DNA of 64,000 bases from an uncultured Planctomycetia bacterium (GCA_964642015.1 CAZXLF010000001.1:254375-318374), one strand, 5' to 3'. Counted from the first letter of the stretch, positions 20,620 through 31,106 are shown. The notes: generated from the sequence alone by a model not told the origin. A program made the numbers and translations.

Positions 20620-21377
20620 GCCCAGATGGCAGAGTGAATATCTGTGGGGTCCAGATCGACAACTTGACGATGCGCGGGTCTTTGGAACGCATCGGCGATC
20701 TGGTGCGTCAGAGAAAGCCGTCATATGTGATCACGCCGAATGCTGATCACATTGTAAAAGTCCAGAATGACGCTCTGTTCAAGAAGATCTATGCGGAGGC
20801 GTCGCTTGTGCTAGCTGACGGCATGCCCTTGATCTGGGCTTCCTATTTTCTTGGGACCCCTCTTAAGGAAAAAGTTTCCGGGTCTGATCTTGTTCCTGAG
20901 CTTTGCCGGGAAGCCGCAAAAAAAGGATACCGCCTTTTTTTTCTCGGAGGCCGTCCGGGAGCGGCGGACCGGGCCAAAGAGTTTCTGGAAAAAGAGTTCC
21001 CTAAGATCAACATCGTGGGAACGGATTGCCCGCCGCTTGGTTTTGAAAAGGATGCCGCTGAAATGCGCAGGATCTCTGAAAAGATCAAGCGGTCCGCACC
21101 GGATATTTTACTGGTGGGCCTCGGAGCTCCTAAACAGGAAAAATGGATCTATGATTCCCACAATGATGTGCAGGTTCCTGTCAGCGTCGGCGTCGGCGTT
21201 ACATTCGAATTTATCGCAAAGATAGTCAAGCGCGCGCCGAAGTGGATGCAAAAAGCCGGATTGGAATGGTCCTGGCGGCTTGTCATGGAACCCAAAAGGT
21301 TGTGGCGAAGATATCTTTTAGACGACCCTGTCTTTTTTGTTCTCGTATTGAAACAAAAGTTCTCAAAGAAAAAATAA
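20616..21377 (+). CDS. WecB/TagA/CpsF-family glycosyltransferase (GT26), copy 1
   Basis: 'NICGVQIDNLTMRGSLERI...VITPNADHIV...LADGMPLIWAS...FFLGGRPG' matches WecG/TagA N-acetylmannosaminyl-transferase blocks. Paralog at 53203-54087. Confidence 0.8.
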   Translation: MSPDGRVNICGVQIDNLTMRGSLERIGDLVRQRKPSYVITPNADHIVKVQNDALFKKIYAEASLVLADGMPLIWASYFLGTPLKEKVSGSDLVPELCREAAKKGYRLFFLGGRPGAADRAKEFLEKEFPKINIVGTDCPPLGFEKDAAEMRRISEKIKRSAPDILLVGLGAPKQEKWIYDSHNDVQVPVSVGVGVTFEFIAKIVKRAPKWMQKAGLEWSWRLVMEPKRLWRRYLLDDPVFFVLVLKQKFSKKK

Positions 21378-21382
21378 ATCCC

Positions 21383-23491
21383 ATGCGCATTCCGTTGTTC
21401 CTCATGAGAAGTGTTTTTCTCCCTATTTTTATTCTTTTTTCATCTTCTATTTTTGCTGAAGAGCCCAAAGCGATAAGGCCTCAGTGGGAATTTGCCGGCT
21501 GGTATGGTGGAGGCTGTTATCCGGACATCCAGTTCGACCCGATGCACAAAAACAGAGTTTATCTGACCTCCGATGTTGCAGGTATATGGCGCAGCGATGA
21601 TCGGGGAGAGAGCTGGCGCTTTATCAATAACGGCATTGAAGATTTTACCGTGGCATTTATTGTTCCGGCTCCGTCAAATTCCGATGTGTTGTACGCAGGC
21701 ACCAAAAGCGGGCTTTTTCGGTCGATAGACGCCGGCGCAAACTGGGAACGCTGCGATCGCTATAGGAATAAGATCGCTTTCAAACGGCCTGAAAATTACA
21801 AAAGCGCGGTGATCTCGCGTTCTAATGCCGCAAAATTAGTTATAGGAACCGCTGACGGCGATGTTTTGTATTCTGAGGATAGCGGAGACCATTGGAAACC
21901 GCTCGGATATATTGAAAGATCATTTTTCAAAGGTTCAGCGATCACGGCGATGGCATGGAGCTCTGATGAAAATTTTCTTTACGCCGCATCTTCCAAAGGG
22001 CTGGCAATGTATTCGTTTGAAAAAAAGCGGTGGAAATTTTTTGCCGATGGTCCTAAAAACATTTCAGATCTTGTGATCTCAAAGAACGATCCCAACGCTT
22101 TTTATGTAGCCGGCGCGAGATCACTTTGGATATCCGATGATTCCGGAAAGTCCTGGAGACAGACATCCCCCATATCACGCGGACTTACTTACCGCATAGC
22201 GCTTTTGAGTCCCGATAGTTCAAATAAAATTCCGATAATGACGGTCGCGTGGAATGACGGTTGGCGCGGAGGGGTCTTGTTCAGTGATGATGAAGGTAAG
22301 TCGTGGCGGAGAGGCGAGCAGAAAATGTTTCCGGATAACCTCTCCGATCCGACTCGACTTTGGGCAGGCACGGAATTCAGGATCAATGCGTTAAAAGCAG
22401 ACCCTTTCAATGATCAGACTTTATTTTTCACCGAATGGTGGGGAATATGGCGTAGTGACGATGGGGGATCGAGTTGGCATGAGAAGATCAAAGGAGCTCC
22501 GAACACGGTGGCTGAAGATATTCTTGCGCAACGGGATGGCACGCTATATGTCGCGACGATGGACAACGGGCTCCTCAAAAGTCTGGACGGAGGAAAAAGT
22601 TTTACACCGATCTATCCCGTAGGCGCGTACGACAACAGGGTCAACGGCCATGTTTGGAGAGTTTGCAACGCCGACGCTTCCAATTCCAAGCTCATCGCGA
22701 CGGCTTCGCCCTGGTTCGATAAATTAAATCAGGTGGTATTGATAGATGCTATCGATGAGCATTTTGAGATCGTGCGTCATGGATTGCCCGGAAAAAGGCC
22801 GGCGGTGAATACGATGTGGGAGGCCGGATATCCGAGAGCATTGGCGGTGGACCCGAAAGATCCGAAAAGGGTCTATCTGGGTATCGACGGCGATGATGGC
22901 GGAGGGCTTTTTATTTCTGATGACGGAGGGAAAAGTTGGGAATATTCAAAAGGTCAGCCGGCTTGCAAGCGTGTGTTTAACGCTTTGGCCGTTGATCCAT
23001 CGGATACGAACAGGATCTATTGGGGCGCGTACAGTGAAAATGGAAACGCCGGAGGCATCTATCTTTCAGAAGATCGGGGCATGACATGGAAACAGGTATT
23101 CGATCAAGTGAACAAAGTTTTTAATCTCGCGATAGCTAAGGATGGGACGGTTTATGTCGCCGGAGATGAAAAAGGGCCTGTTTTGTATGTTTCACAGGAT
23201 CACGGAAAAACTTGGAAGCTCTTGAACCGATTCGGTGACGAGGGTGCAGTCACTGGCATTTGCTTGAATGGAAAAGATGAAAAAAAGATCGCGATAGGCA
23301 CCGCTAAATGGAACGCAAAAAAGAACGCCCATCTGGTCTATATCAGCGAAGACAGCGGTGTTCATTGGGAAGATTATACAAGCGACCTGCCTTTTAGCTC
23401 AGGCATCAATACTATTACTTATAGTTCTAAGGATGGTTACCTGTATGTGGCGGAGTCCGGAAGCTCTATATATAAGGTAAAGTGGCCTTAA
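21383..23491 (+). CDS. secreted BNR/Asp-box repeat protein (probable tandem beta-propellers; glycosidase- or sortilin-like)
   Basis: Signal peptide 'MRIPLFLMRSVFLPIFILFSSSIFAEE'. About ten S-x-D-x-G-x-(T/S)-W Asp-box repeats: SDDRGESW, SEDSGDHW, SDDSGKSW, SDDEGKSW, SDDGGSSW, SLDGGKSF, SDDGGKSW, SEDRGMTW, SQDHGKTW, SEDSGVHW. Confidence 0.75.
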   Translation: MRIPLFLMRSVFLPIFILFSSSIFAEEPKAIRPQWEFAGWYGGGCYPDIQFDPMHKNRVYLTSDVAGIWRSDDRGESWRFINNGIEDFTVAFIVPAPSNSDVLYAGTKSGLFRSIDAGANWERCDRYRNKIAFKRPENYKSAVISRSNAAKLVIGTADGDVLYSEDSGDHWKPLGYIERSFFKGSAITAMAWSSDENFLYAASSKGLAMYSFEKKRWKFFADGPKNISDLVISKNDPNAFYVAGARSLWISDDSGKSWRQTSPISRGLTYRIALLSPDSSNKIPIMTVAWNDGWRGGVLFSDDEGKSWRRGEQKMFPDNLSDPTRLWAGTEFRINALKADPFNDQTLFFTEWWGIWRSDDGGSSWHEKIKGAPNTVAEDILAQRDGTLYVATMDNGLLKSLDGGKSFTPIYPVGAYDNRVNGHVWRVCNADASNSKLIATASPWFDKLNQVVLIDAIDEHFEIVRHGLPGKRPAVNTMWEAGYPRALAVDPKDPKRVYLGIDGDDGGGLFISDDGGKSWEYSKGQPACKRVFNALAVDPSDTNRIYWGAYSENGNAGGIYLSEDRGMTWKQVFDQVNKVFNLAIAKDGTVYVAGDEKGPVLYVSQDHGKTWKLLNRFGDEGAVTGICLNGKDEKKIAIGTAKWNAKKNAHLVYISEDSGVHWEDYTSDLPFSSGINTITYSSKDGYLYVAESGSSIYKVKWP

Positions 23492-23599
23492 ATTCGAGGA
23501 GTTTTAGGGGCTTATTCTAGATATTTTTTCGATTAACAATAGATTTGTAAAACAGATAGGTATTAGGTAAACTATACGGAATAAACCAGGAAAAATGAA

Positions 23600-24403
23600 A
23601 TGACGGATATCGAGTTTTTCAAAGAAAACGGTTATTTATTTCTTCAAAATTTCTTCTCCGAAGAGGAGATGTACACGCTTGAAGCATCGCTCAAAGAAGC
23701 CAAACCGCGTTTTCCGACCACACTCAATAAGAGCGGACTTGTGTTCTGTGAATTTGTCCATTTTCACAGCAAAGCACTTCAATCATTCATTGCAAGCGAA
23801 AAGATGGTGAATTTTTTGAAAGATTATATCGGGGATGATTTCTGGCTCCGCAAAGACCAGACCGTCACGAAATATCCGGGCGGCGAGGAATTTCCGTGGC
23901 ATCAAGACAATGCTTATAACAAATTGAAAGATGCGTATAACCAGTTTTGGGTCGCTTTGACCGACATGAGCCCTGAGAATGGCGGCTTGCGTCTTTTGGC
24001 CGGCACTCATAAAAGCGGCATATTACCTCACAAGCTTGTTGATAATCACTTGGCTTGGCAGGGGGATGATAAAAAAGAGATCATTATCCGGGCCAAGCGC
24101 GGAGATGTGCTCTTTTTTTCGTCGATGCTTCTGCATCGCACGGGCCCGAATCATACGCAGAATAACCGCGTCGCTTACGTGCTCGAATTCATGTCCAGCG
24201 AACATTTCGATCCTTATGTCCATCCGCCTTATTTTCAGGTCGTGAGGAACGGCCGGTCCGATCCAAAATTCATTAATTTCTACAAAGGCAACCTCTCGAT
24301 CAAAAATCAATGGGATTATCTGGGTCCCAGGATCAAACGCAAGAGCTGGCTGATCGAGACGGGTTTGAAGGATCGATTGAAAAAACTGCGGGCTAAGACG
24401 TGA
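23600..24403 (+). CDS. phytanoyl-CoA dioxygenase (PhyH) family Fe(II)/2-oxoglutarate-dependent oxygenase
   Basis: 'FPWHQDNAY' (H-x-D iron ligands) and the downstream 'LLHRTGPN' histidine/arginine region typical of PhyH-family enzymes. Confidence 0.7.
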   Translation: MTDIEFFKENGYLFLQNFFSEEEMYTLEASLKEAKPRFPTTLNKSGLVFCEFVHFHSKALQSFIASEKMVNFLKDYIGDDFWLRKDQTVTKYPGGEEFPWHQDNAYNKLKDAYNQFWVALTDMSPENGGLRLLAGTHKSGILPHKLVDNHLAWQGDDKKEIIIRAKRGDVLFFSSMLLHRTGPNHTQNNRVAYVLEFMSSEHFDPYVHPPYFQVVRNGRSDPKFINFYKGNLSIKNQWDYLGPRIKRKSWLIETGLKDRLKKLRAKT

Positions 24404-25491
24404 AAACATCAGCTGATCTTTTTTTGAGTTTGGAAAATGGTGATGGCGGTTTTCGTTTCTCGCCGGGATCTCCGGCTACGCTGGTGGCCACTTCTTACTG
24501 TGTGCTGGGTCTTGAATTCTCCGGAGCACTTGAGAAAATGGACCATTCAAAAAAGTCAAAGATAGCTTCTTTTATTCTCTCAGGCGCTACAAAGGACGGC
24601 TATTTCCGCGATAAACTTTTTAACCAGAAAGATGTGATGAGTTCCGAGCACGATCCGGCTTATTTCGAAGACGAAACTACCGCGTTTTGTTTACAGGCGC
24701 TCGATGCGCTGAAATCGGGGCCGGTATCTGCACTTGAACTGCCCGCGCGATGGGCAAACGCCGAAGCGCTGGTCTCATATTTAAATTCGCTGCCTTGGAA
24801 GAATCCATGGCTTGATTCCAACCGCGTGATGTTCGCGCTGAGCCGTCTTTGTTATGAAGCCGAAAAAGGCCAAACTCAGCACTTAGCAAGTGTAGATAAA
24901 GCGCTTGATTGGCTGGATACACAGCAGGACAAGATCACAGGATTATGGCGCGGCCGAGAAAACGCGGAACTGAACAATGCGATGGCCGCTACAGTGCACT
25001 TCACTTTTTTTTATGCTTACCGTAAAAGATCAATACAGTTCGCCGATAAGATAATCGACAGCTGTCTTTCTCTGCAGGCTTCGCATGGTTTGTTCGACAA
25101 ATGGACCGTGGGGCATACGTGTTTTGATTACGATGCGGTCCAGCTTCTGGATACGGCAAGCAGGCAGTCTGACCATCGCAAAAAAGAAGTTCATGATGCT
25201 TTGAGCCGGGCCGCCAGAGCGACACGTGCGCTTCAAAATGAGGATGGAGGATTTGCCGATGCCAAAATGAGGGTGCGGCGTTTTCTTGGCAGACCGTTAC
25301 CGCTTTTTTTGTCCCAAAAGATCGTTGATGAGCGTTATAATAATTGCTGGAAACATCTGTCATGCCGGTCAGTTGAAAGCAATGCCTATTCGACGTGGCT
25401 GCGATCGATTATTCTTTTTTTAGCGGATGGCCGACCAAAGAACGGACATTCATTCCGGCGATTACCGTTCTTGGGATATATACCTCCATGA
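24400..25491 (+). CDS. hypothetical protein with prenyltransferase/squalene-cyclase-like repeats
   Basis: 'ENGDGGFRFSPGSPATLVATSYCVLGL', 'QASHGLFDKWTVGHTCFDYDAVQ', 'QNEDGGFADAK': same repeat style as 4515-5489. Confidence 0.4.
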   Translation: MKTSADLFLSLENGDGGFRFSPGSPATLVATSYCVLGLEFSGALEKMDHSKKSKIASFILSGATKDGYFRDKLFNQKDVMSSEHDPAYFEDETTAFCLQALDALKSGPVSALELPARWANAEALVSYLNSLPWKNPWLDSNRVMFALSRLCYEAEKGQTQHLASVDKALDWLDTQQDKITGLWRGRENAELNNAMAATVHFTFFYAYRKRSIQFADKIIDSCLSLQASHGLFDKWTVGHTCFDYDAVQLLDTASRQSDHRKKEVHDALSRAARATRALQNEDGGFADAKMRVRRFLGRPLPLFLSQKIVDERYNNCWKHLSCRSVESNAYSTWLRSIILFLADGRPKNGHSFRRLPFLGYIPP

Positions 25492-26474
25492 GCGAACCTA
25501 AGATCAGTGTTGTGATACCGGTTTATAACAGCGCCGATTTTTTTGCACGTACGCTGGAGTGTGTCCTGAGGCAGACGAGTCCCGCACACGAGATCGTCGT
25601 GATCAACGACGGTTCCACGGACAATACTCAGGAGCTCTTGGACCGATACAAGGGCAGGATCGTCACAAAGACCATTAAAAATTCCGGCTGTGCCGCCGCG
25701 CGCAATGAAGGTGTCCGTATCGCGACGGGGGATGTCATCGCGTTCCTGGATGGCGATGATCTTTGGTTCCGCAAAAAACTGAAAGTGGTCATGAAATATC
25801 TTAAACGCTATCCTGACATCGACTTTTTCTGCAGTAATTACCTGGTTTATTCGGAATATCACGGCCGCATTGTCCGCCATTATGAAAATTTAGCGAATGC
25901 GGATGATTTTAATTTCGATGAACCGCTGCGTAGGTTGCCTTTTAAATTGCTATTAGAAAGTAACTTTGTCGGCACTCCTTCGACCGTCGTGGTGAGGAAG
26001 AGATTTTTTGAAAAGACGGGGGGTTTTGATCCCAGCTGCAAGATCGTGGAGGATCTGGATTATTTTTTCCGAGCCGCCGCCCGGTCGAATTTCGTGCTGA
26101 TCCATGATGTACTGCTCTACAAGCACAACCATGCCGAGAACATGTCCCACAATAAGATCAAATTGTACGAAGGCCACAAGCGTGTTTTTAACCGATGCAT
26201 CACCGGCGAACGTGAATTCATTTCAAACCGTCATCTAAAAAGAGACGTTGATCTGGGCTTGGCGAATATCAATTACATCCTTGGGAGATTGTATTTTGAA
26301 ACAGGACAAAGGAAACACGCTTATAAATTGTTCTGGGAGGCTTTCAAAGCGGCGATCTATCCGTCCAATTTTTTTCAGTTCATTTGGGAGACTTCAAAAA
26401 AAACAGCCCGAGTCCTCACCGGCAACGCGATCAGCAAAAAGAATCTGAAGCGGGCCCTGCATAGCGCCCATTGA
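25488..26474 (+). CDS. glycosyltransferase family 2
   Basis: 'ISVVIPVYNSADFFARTLECVLRQTSPAHEIVVINDGSTDNT...FLDGDDLW'. Third member of the paralog set with 10161 and 11153. Start at ATG 25488. Confidence 0.8.
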   Translation: MSEPKISVVIPVYNSADFFARTLECVLRQTSPAHEIVVINDGSTDNTQELLDRYKGRIVTKTIKNSGCAAARNEGVRIATGDVIAFLDGDDLWFRKKLKVVMKYLKRYPDIDFFCSNYLVYSEYHGRIVRHYENLANADDFNFDEPLRRLPFKLLLESNFVGTPSTVVVRKRFFEKTGGFDPSCKIVEDLDYFFRAAARSNFVLIHDVLLYKHNHAENMSHNKIKLYEGHKRVFNRCITGEREFISNRHLKRDVDLGLANINYILGRLYFETGQRKHAYKLFWEAFKAAIYPSNFFQFIWETSKKTARVLTGNAISKKNLKRALHSAH

Positions 26475-26578
26475 CCGCGTTTTTTGCCGCCAGAAGAAAT
26501 GAATTCACCCCTGCTGTCATAAATCCTGTATCATAAGACAATGATCCTCCGGACGGAATATTTACGGGAGTTATTATT

Positions 26579-28141
26579 TTGAAAAAACAGATCTTATTGA
26601 ATATCTTGAGTAATTACGCCGGCCGCGCGGTCGGCATGGTCTTGGGATTTTTTCTCGTGCCTTTCCTCATTTACAAGCTGGGCGTGGAAGTGTTCGGTCT
26701 GGTGATCGTGTTTGAATCCATGATGAAATTCATGGAAGCGGTCAGTACGAGCGTGCGCGTGGCTTTGTCGAGGTACGCGACTTATTCGTTGTCTCAAGAA
26801 AGGGAAGGCGATTTTGTGTCCTATCTTTCCACGGGACGCGGGCTCTTTCTGATGATTTCCGTGCTGATATTCGCGGTAGGTTTTATGTTAAGTTTTTGGA
26901 TCCCGGGCATCTTCCGCATCCCCGAAGGGCGCTACCATGAATGCCAGCAGTATTTTGCTCTGATCACGGCGGCGTTCGCGGTGACGGTGCCGAATATAGT
27001 TTTCTGGGCCGGCTTATACGCGAAACAGCGTTTCGATCTGATCAATCTGGCGAGCTCCACGGGCATGACGCTGAGGGCGATAGCGATATTCGTGATCTTT
27101 TCGATCGTGCCCAAGCAGTATGTGTCGCTCGTTACTTACGGCTGGATCTATCTGATTATGACCTGGTCGCAGAATTATGCGGTTTACTTCGCGTTCAAGA
27201 AACTGATGCCTCACATCAAGGTGAGTCTCAAATATTTTCAGATGCATAAAGTAAAAGAGATATTGTCTTTCAGCGTCTACACTTTGTCGGGACACATGAG
27301 TTCGATCATCAACGAAAATGCGACGAATTTCATCATCAATTTTTTCTGGGGCCCGGCCGCGAACGCCGTTTACGGCATCGGCACCAAATTTTCTTCTCTG
27401 ATCGAGAATATCGTGCTTGAGCCGACGTGGACGCTGACACCCACATTCACGGACCTTGTGGCGAAAGGGGAGCATCAGAAATTAAAGACGCTGATCTTTG
27501 TGTTCACGAAGGCGATGACGATCCTTTGCTTTCCGGCGTTTTTGGCGCTGATGATATTCGCTAAGCCCATCCTGACCCAGTGGGTCGGCGGGAGGTTCAA
27601 TGACGCGCCATGGATCATGGTTTTAAGCATTCTTCCGCAATGTTTTTACATCCCGATCGCATCAACACATAACCTTCCGAATGCCTACGGCCATGTCAAA
27701 GTGCCCGGTATCGTGAACCCGATCTATGACCTTTTATCGGTGCTGACTTGCTATATTTTTGCGGTGCCTTTGAAGTTCGGTCTTATTGGTATGGCGATGG
27801 GCTCGTGTGTGTGTGCGATCTCGATGGCGTTCCTGTTCGCTGTGCCTTACGGATGCTATTTGGCCGGTTTTTCGGCGACTGAATACTGGCTCCGCGCTTA
27901 CTTCAAACCGGTGGCTTGGGCTGCTGTTCTTTGGATGCCGACGCTTTTATTTCTCGTTAAATGGAAACCTTTTTTATGGATGAGTGTTTCCGGTATGGCT
28001 GTCTTGTCCGGGGTCTCCATTGTCTATATCGTAGGGGTCTACTTTATGGTCTTGAACACCAAAGACAAGGGTTATGTTGACCAATTTTTAAAGGTTATAA
28101 AAACAAAAACCGGCTTTTCCAAGCCTTTGATCGCCGGCTAA
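26579..28141 (+). CDS. Wzx-like polysaccharide flippase, copy 2
   Basis: 'LLNILSNYAGRAVGMVLGFFLVPFLIYKLG' is collinear with 8590-10164, including 'YAKQRFDLIN' and 'EPTWTLTPTFTDL' blocks. TTG start. Confidence 0.75.
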   Translation: MKKQILLNILSNYAGRAVGMVLGFFLVPFLIYKLGVEVFGLVIVFESMMKFMEAVSTSVRVALSRYATYSLSQEREGDFVSYLSTGRGLFLMISVLIFAVGFMLSFWIPGIFRIPEGRYHECQQYFALITAAFAVTVPNIVFWAGLYAKQRFDLINLASSTGMTLRAIAIFVIFSIVPKQYVSLVTYGWIYLIMTWSQNYAVYFAFKKLMPHIKVSLKYFQMHKVKEILSFSVYTLSGHMSSIINENATNFIINFFWGPAANAVYGIGTKFSSLIENIVLEPTWTLTPTFTDLVAKGEHQKLKTLIFVFTKAMTILCFPAFLALMIFAKPILTQWVGGRFNDAPWIMVLSILPQCFYIPIASTHNLPNAYGHVKVPGIVNPIYDLLSVLTCYIFAVPLKFGLIGMAMGSCVCAISMAFLFAVPYGCYLAGFSATEYWLRAYFKPVAWAAVLWMPTLLFLVKWKPFLWMSVSGMAVLSGVSIVYIVGVYFMVLNTKDKGYVDQFLKVIKTKTGFSKPLIAG

Positions 28142-28286
28142 GTTCTGAGAGTTTTCGAATATTTCCGTCAAATCCCAATTATTTGTATTCCTCTATTTTG
28201 CAGTGTACACTATAGGTTCATTATCAATCGGATAGCAGGCTCTATCAGCGCTTATATCGTAAATAGGATCTCTAGGAAGTTGACTT

Positions 28287-29696
28287 ATGCTTAAAGAACA
28301 CAACGCAGTATTTAGACGTATCATGATCATGGCTGACCTCTGCGTGATCGCGGTCTCGTTCGTGTTGGCTTATCCGCTGGCTTGCAAACTGAACCCGAGC
28401 ATGAACCCGTTCAAGATTCACATCGCGTTCTTACCGGTGATCCTGATGCTTTGGGGGTTCCTGCTTTATTTTTCCCGGATGTACCAGTCTTTTCGCGTGA
28501 AACCTCTTTTTGAGATGTTCTATATTGTGTTCAAGACCGCTTTGGCCGGTTTCATCATCTTTGGAAGCATCACTTACATTCTGAAGATCACCTATGTTTC
28601 CCGCGCATTCATCGTTTTTGCTTTCTTGATCTCGTCGGTACTTTTGTGCGCTGAAAAGGCGTTCGTGGTGATGTTTTTCCGCTTCACTCGCAGGAAAGGT
28701 TTTAATTTCAGGAGCGTGCTGATCATCGGCACCAATAAACGCGCCCAGCGTTTCGAGGAACTTCTGTACAACCATAGGGAATGGGGATTCCATGTGCTCG
28801 GCTTTATTGATGAAGATCCCAAAAAGAAAGGCGAGGCGTTCGGCAAATCCAAAGTTCTTGGTTCATTCGACGATCTGCCTGATGTGATCCATAGCAACGT
28901 CGTTGATGAGGTCGTGTTCATCGTGCCGAGGTCGTGGCTCACGAAGATCGAGGAGATCGTTCATTTCTGCGAGACCGAAGGTTTAAAGATCCATCTGGCT
29001 GTCGACCATTTTGAGCTGCAATTCGCCAAAGCAAAACAAACGGATTTCCACGGATTTCCGCTGATCACTTTTGAAAGCGCGCCGGACAAGATCTGGCATC
29101 TTTTATTCAAACGGCTTTTTGACCTTGTCCTATCGGGTGTGGCGCTTGTCGTGCTGTCGCCGTTCTTGCTCATCATCGCGATATGCATCAAAGCAACGTC
29201 CAAAGGACCGATATTTTTCAAGCAAACCCGCTGCGGTTTGAATAGCAGGCGCTTCACGCTGCTCAAGTTCAGAACGATGGTCGTGGATGCGGAGAAAAAA
29301 TTGGCGGAACTTGAGAAGCATAATCAAATGAAAGGACCGGCTTTCAAGATGGATAATGACCCGCGTGTCACGCCGATCGGCCGGTTCTTAAGAAAGCTTA
29401 GTTTGGATGAATTGCCCCAGCTCTGGAATGTTCTCGCCGGCGATATGAGCCTCGTGGGCCCGAGACCTCCGATCCCCAAAGAGGTCGAGCGGTATGATAA
29501 TTGGCATCGCCGCCGCTTAAGCATGCGCCCCGGCCTTACGTGTTTGTGGCAGGTGAACGGCCGCAATAAGATCACGGATTTTGACGATTGGATGAAGCTT
29601 GACCTCGAATATATTGACAACTGGTCCTTGTGGCTTGATCTTAAGATCGTGTTCAAAACAGTCCCTGTGGTCCTGATTGGTCACGGCGCCAAATAA
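28287..29696 (+). CDS. polyprenyl-phosphate hexose-1-phosphate transferase (WbaP/ExoY-type bacterial sugar transferase), the initiating enzyme
   Basis: N-terminal TM helices, then 'KRLFDLVLSGVALVVLSPFLL...KGPIFFKQTRCGLNSRRFTLLKFRTM...DELPQLWNVLAGDMSLVGPRP', the canonical sugar-transferase domain. Confidence 0.85.
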   Translation: MLKEHNAVFRRIMIMADLCVIAVSFVLAYPLACKLNPSMNPFKIHIAFLPVILMLWGFLLYFSRMYQSFRVKPLFEMFYIVFKTALAGFIIFGSITYILKITYVSRAFIVFAFLISSVLLCAEKAFVVMFFRFTRRKGFNFRSVLIIGTNKRAQRFEELLYNHREWGFHVLGFIDEDPKKKGEAFGKSKVLGSFDDLPDVIHSNVVDEVVFIVPRSWLTKIEEIVHFCETEGLKIHLAVDHFELQFAKAKQTDFHGFPLITFESAPDKIWHLLFKRLFDLVLSGVALVVLSPFLLIIAICIKATSKGPIFFKQTRCGLNSRRFTLLKFRTMVVDAEKKLAELEKHNQMKGPAFKMDNDPRVTPIGRFLRKLSLDELPQLWNVLAGDMSLVGPRPPIPKEVERYDNWHRRRLSMRPGLTCLWQVNGRNKITDFDDWMKLDLEYIDNWSLWLDLKIVFKTVPVVLIGHGAK

Positions 29697-30954
29697 TCAT
29701 TTCTCATCAGTGAAGATCGCGATCATCACGCCGCTTTATTATCCTTCGGTCGGCGGCACCCAAACGTCCCTTGGTTTTTTAGGAAAGTTCTTATCGGCAC
29801 AAGGTCACGAGGTCCGTGTCTATACGAGCCAGCTAGGCAGGATGGACGAGCTTAAGATCCCGAGTTCAAAAAGGATCCAAAATTTTCCGGATACCGAGAC
29901 CAAAGACGGCGTGCTGATCAAGCGTTACTCGTGCGGCGGCGTTTTGGATTTTTGCTTGGGATTCGCGTATGCGGTCTCATTCAAACTAAAACTTCCTTTT
30001 ACGGAGGCGCTGTTCGACCTTTACCGGTTAAGGGTAGCGAGAGTTTCACGCTTGCTGAAGGACTTGAGGACCTTTGCGCCTGACGTTGTCTTAGCCGATC
30101 CTTATATTGGATATCAGGCCGAGATCCTGTTCCGCGCACAGAAAACCACCGGCGCAAAGATCATGATGCGTACCGCCCTGCATATCGATTTTCCCGGTTC
30201 CGATTATTCTCCGAAGAAACTCAAGCGGTTGGCAGGCTTGGATGCAGTGATGACTAATACCGAATATGAACGCCGCTTTCTGATCGATTGCGGAGTGAGT
30301 GCGGAGCGGATCCATGTTACGGGTGTCGGGATCGACTCACAAGAATGGAGCGCAGCTTCCGCGGATGATGGCGCTGATATCTCTTTGCAGAAAAAATTGT
30401 CAGGCAAAAAATACGTGCTTTATTTAGGCAGAAAACAGGAAGGCAAGGGGATCGAGACATTGATCGAGGCGATGCAGAAAGTCGCAACGCGTTTTCCGGA
30501 CGCCGTGCTTGTGCTCGCCGGAGAGTCGACGCCTTATTTTGATCAGAAGGTAGCGCCTCTGATCAAGAGGCACAGTTTTATTGAGAATGTGGGCCGGGTG
30601 CAGGGTGCCGTGAAACGATGGCTTTTGCAGAACGCTTATATTTTTTCGATGGTGTCAAATGCCGACAGTTTCGGCATTGTTTATTTGGAGGCATGGTTGT
30701 GTAAAAAACCGGTGATCGGCGCGGACCTTGGCGCGATGCGCTGCGTGATCGATGAAGGGAAGGACGGTTTTCTTGTCCCTTACGGCTCTGCGGATATCCT
30801 TGCGGAAAAGATCAGCGCGCTTCTTCAAGATGCTTCGCTTGCGAAAAGTATGGGCGAGCGGGGATGTGAAAAGGCCGTAGGCCTGTATGATCATCGCGTG
30901 ATTGGAAAAAAGATCGAAGATCTGATGCTGGAAATCTCGCGGAAAAGACCCTGA
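29677..30954 (+). CDS. glycosyltransferase family 4
   Basis: 'IAIITPLYYPSVGGTQT' N-terminus; C-terminal 'VYLEAWLCKKPVIGADLGAMRCVIDEGKDGFLV'. Alternative GTG start at 29710. Confidence 0.7.
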   Translation: MVTAPNNHFSSVKIAIITPLYYPSVGGTQTSLGFLGKFLSAQGHEVRVYTSQLGRMDELKIPSSKRIQNFPDTETKDGVLIKRYSCGGVLDFCLGFAYAVSFKLKLPFTEALFDLYRLRVARVSRLLKDLRTFAPDVVLADPYIGYQAEILFRAQKTTGAKIMMRTALHIDFPGSDYSPKKLKRLAGLDAVMTNTEYERRFLIDCGVSAERIHVTGVGIDSQEWSAASADDGADISLQKKLSGKKYVLYLGRKQEGKGIETLIEAMQKVATRFPDAVLVLAGESTPYFDQKVAPLIKRHSFIENVGRVQGAVKRWLLQNAYIFSMVSNADSFGIVYLEAWLCKKPVIGADLGAMRCVIDEGKDGFLVPYGSADILAEKISALLQDASLAKSMGERGCEKAVGLYDHRVIGKKIEDLMLEISRKRP

Positions 30955-31106
30955 AATAATCTTAATTTTATGTCGTTTTACATCTATTGATTTTACTGAT
31001 TTATTAGGTTATAATATGACTCTTTATGGTTGGTCTGCTCTATGATTTTCCCTTCGATGATCCGTAGACTCGCAAAGTCTTAAGAGTTATTTTTAGGGTG
31101 ATTTAG

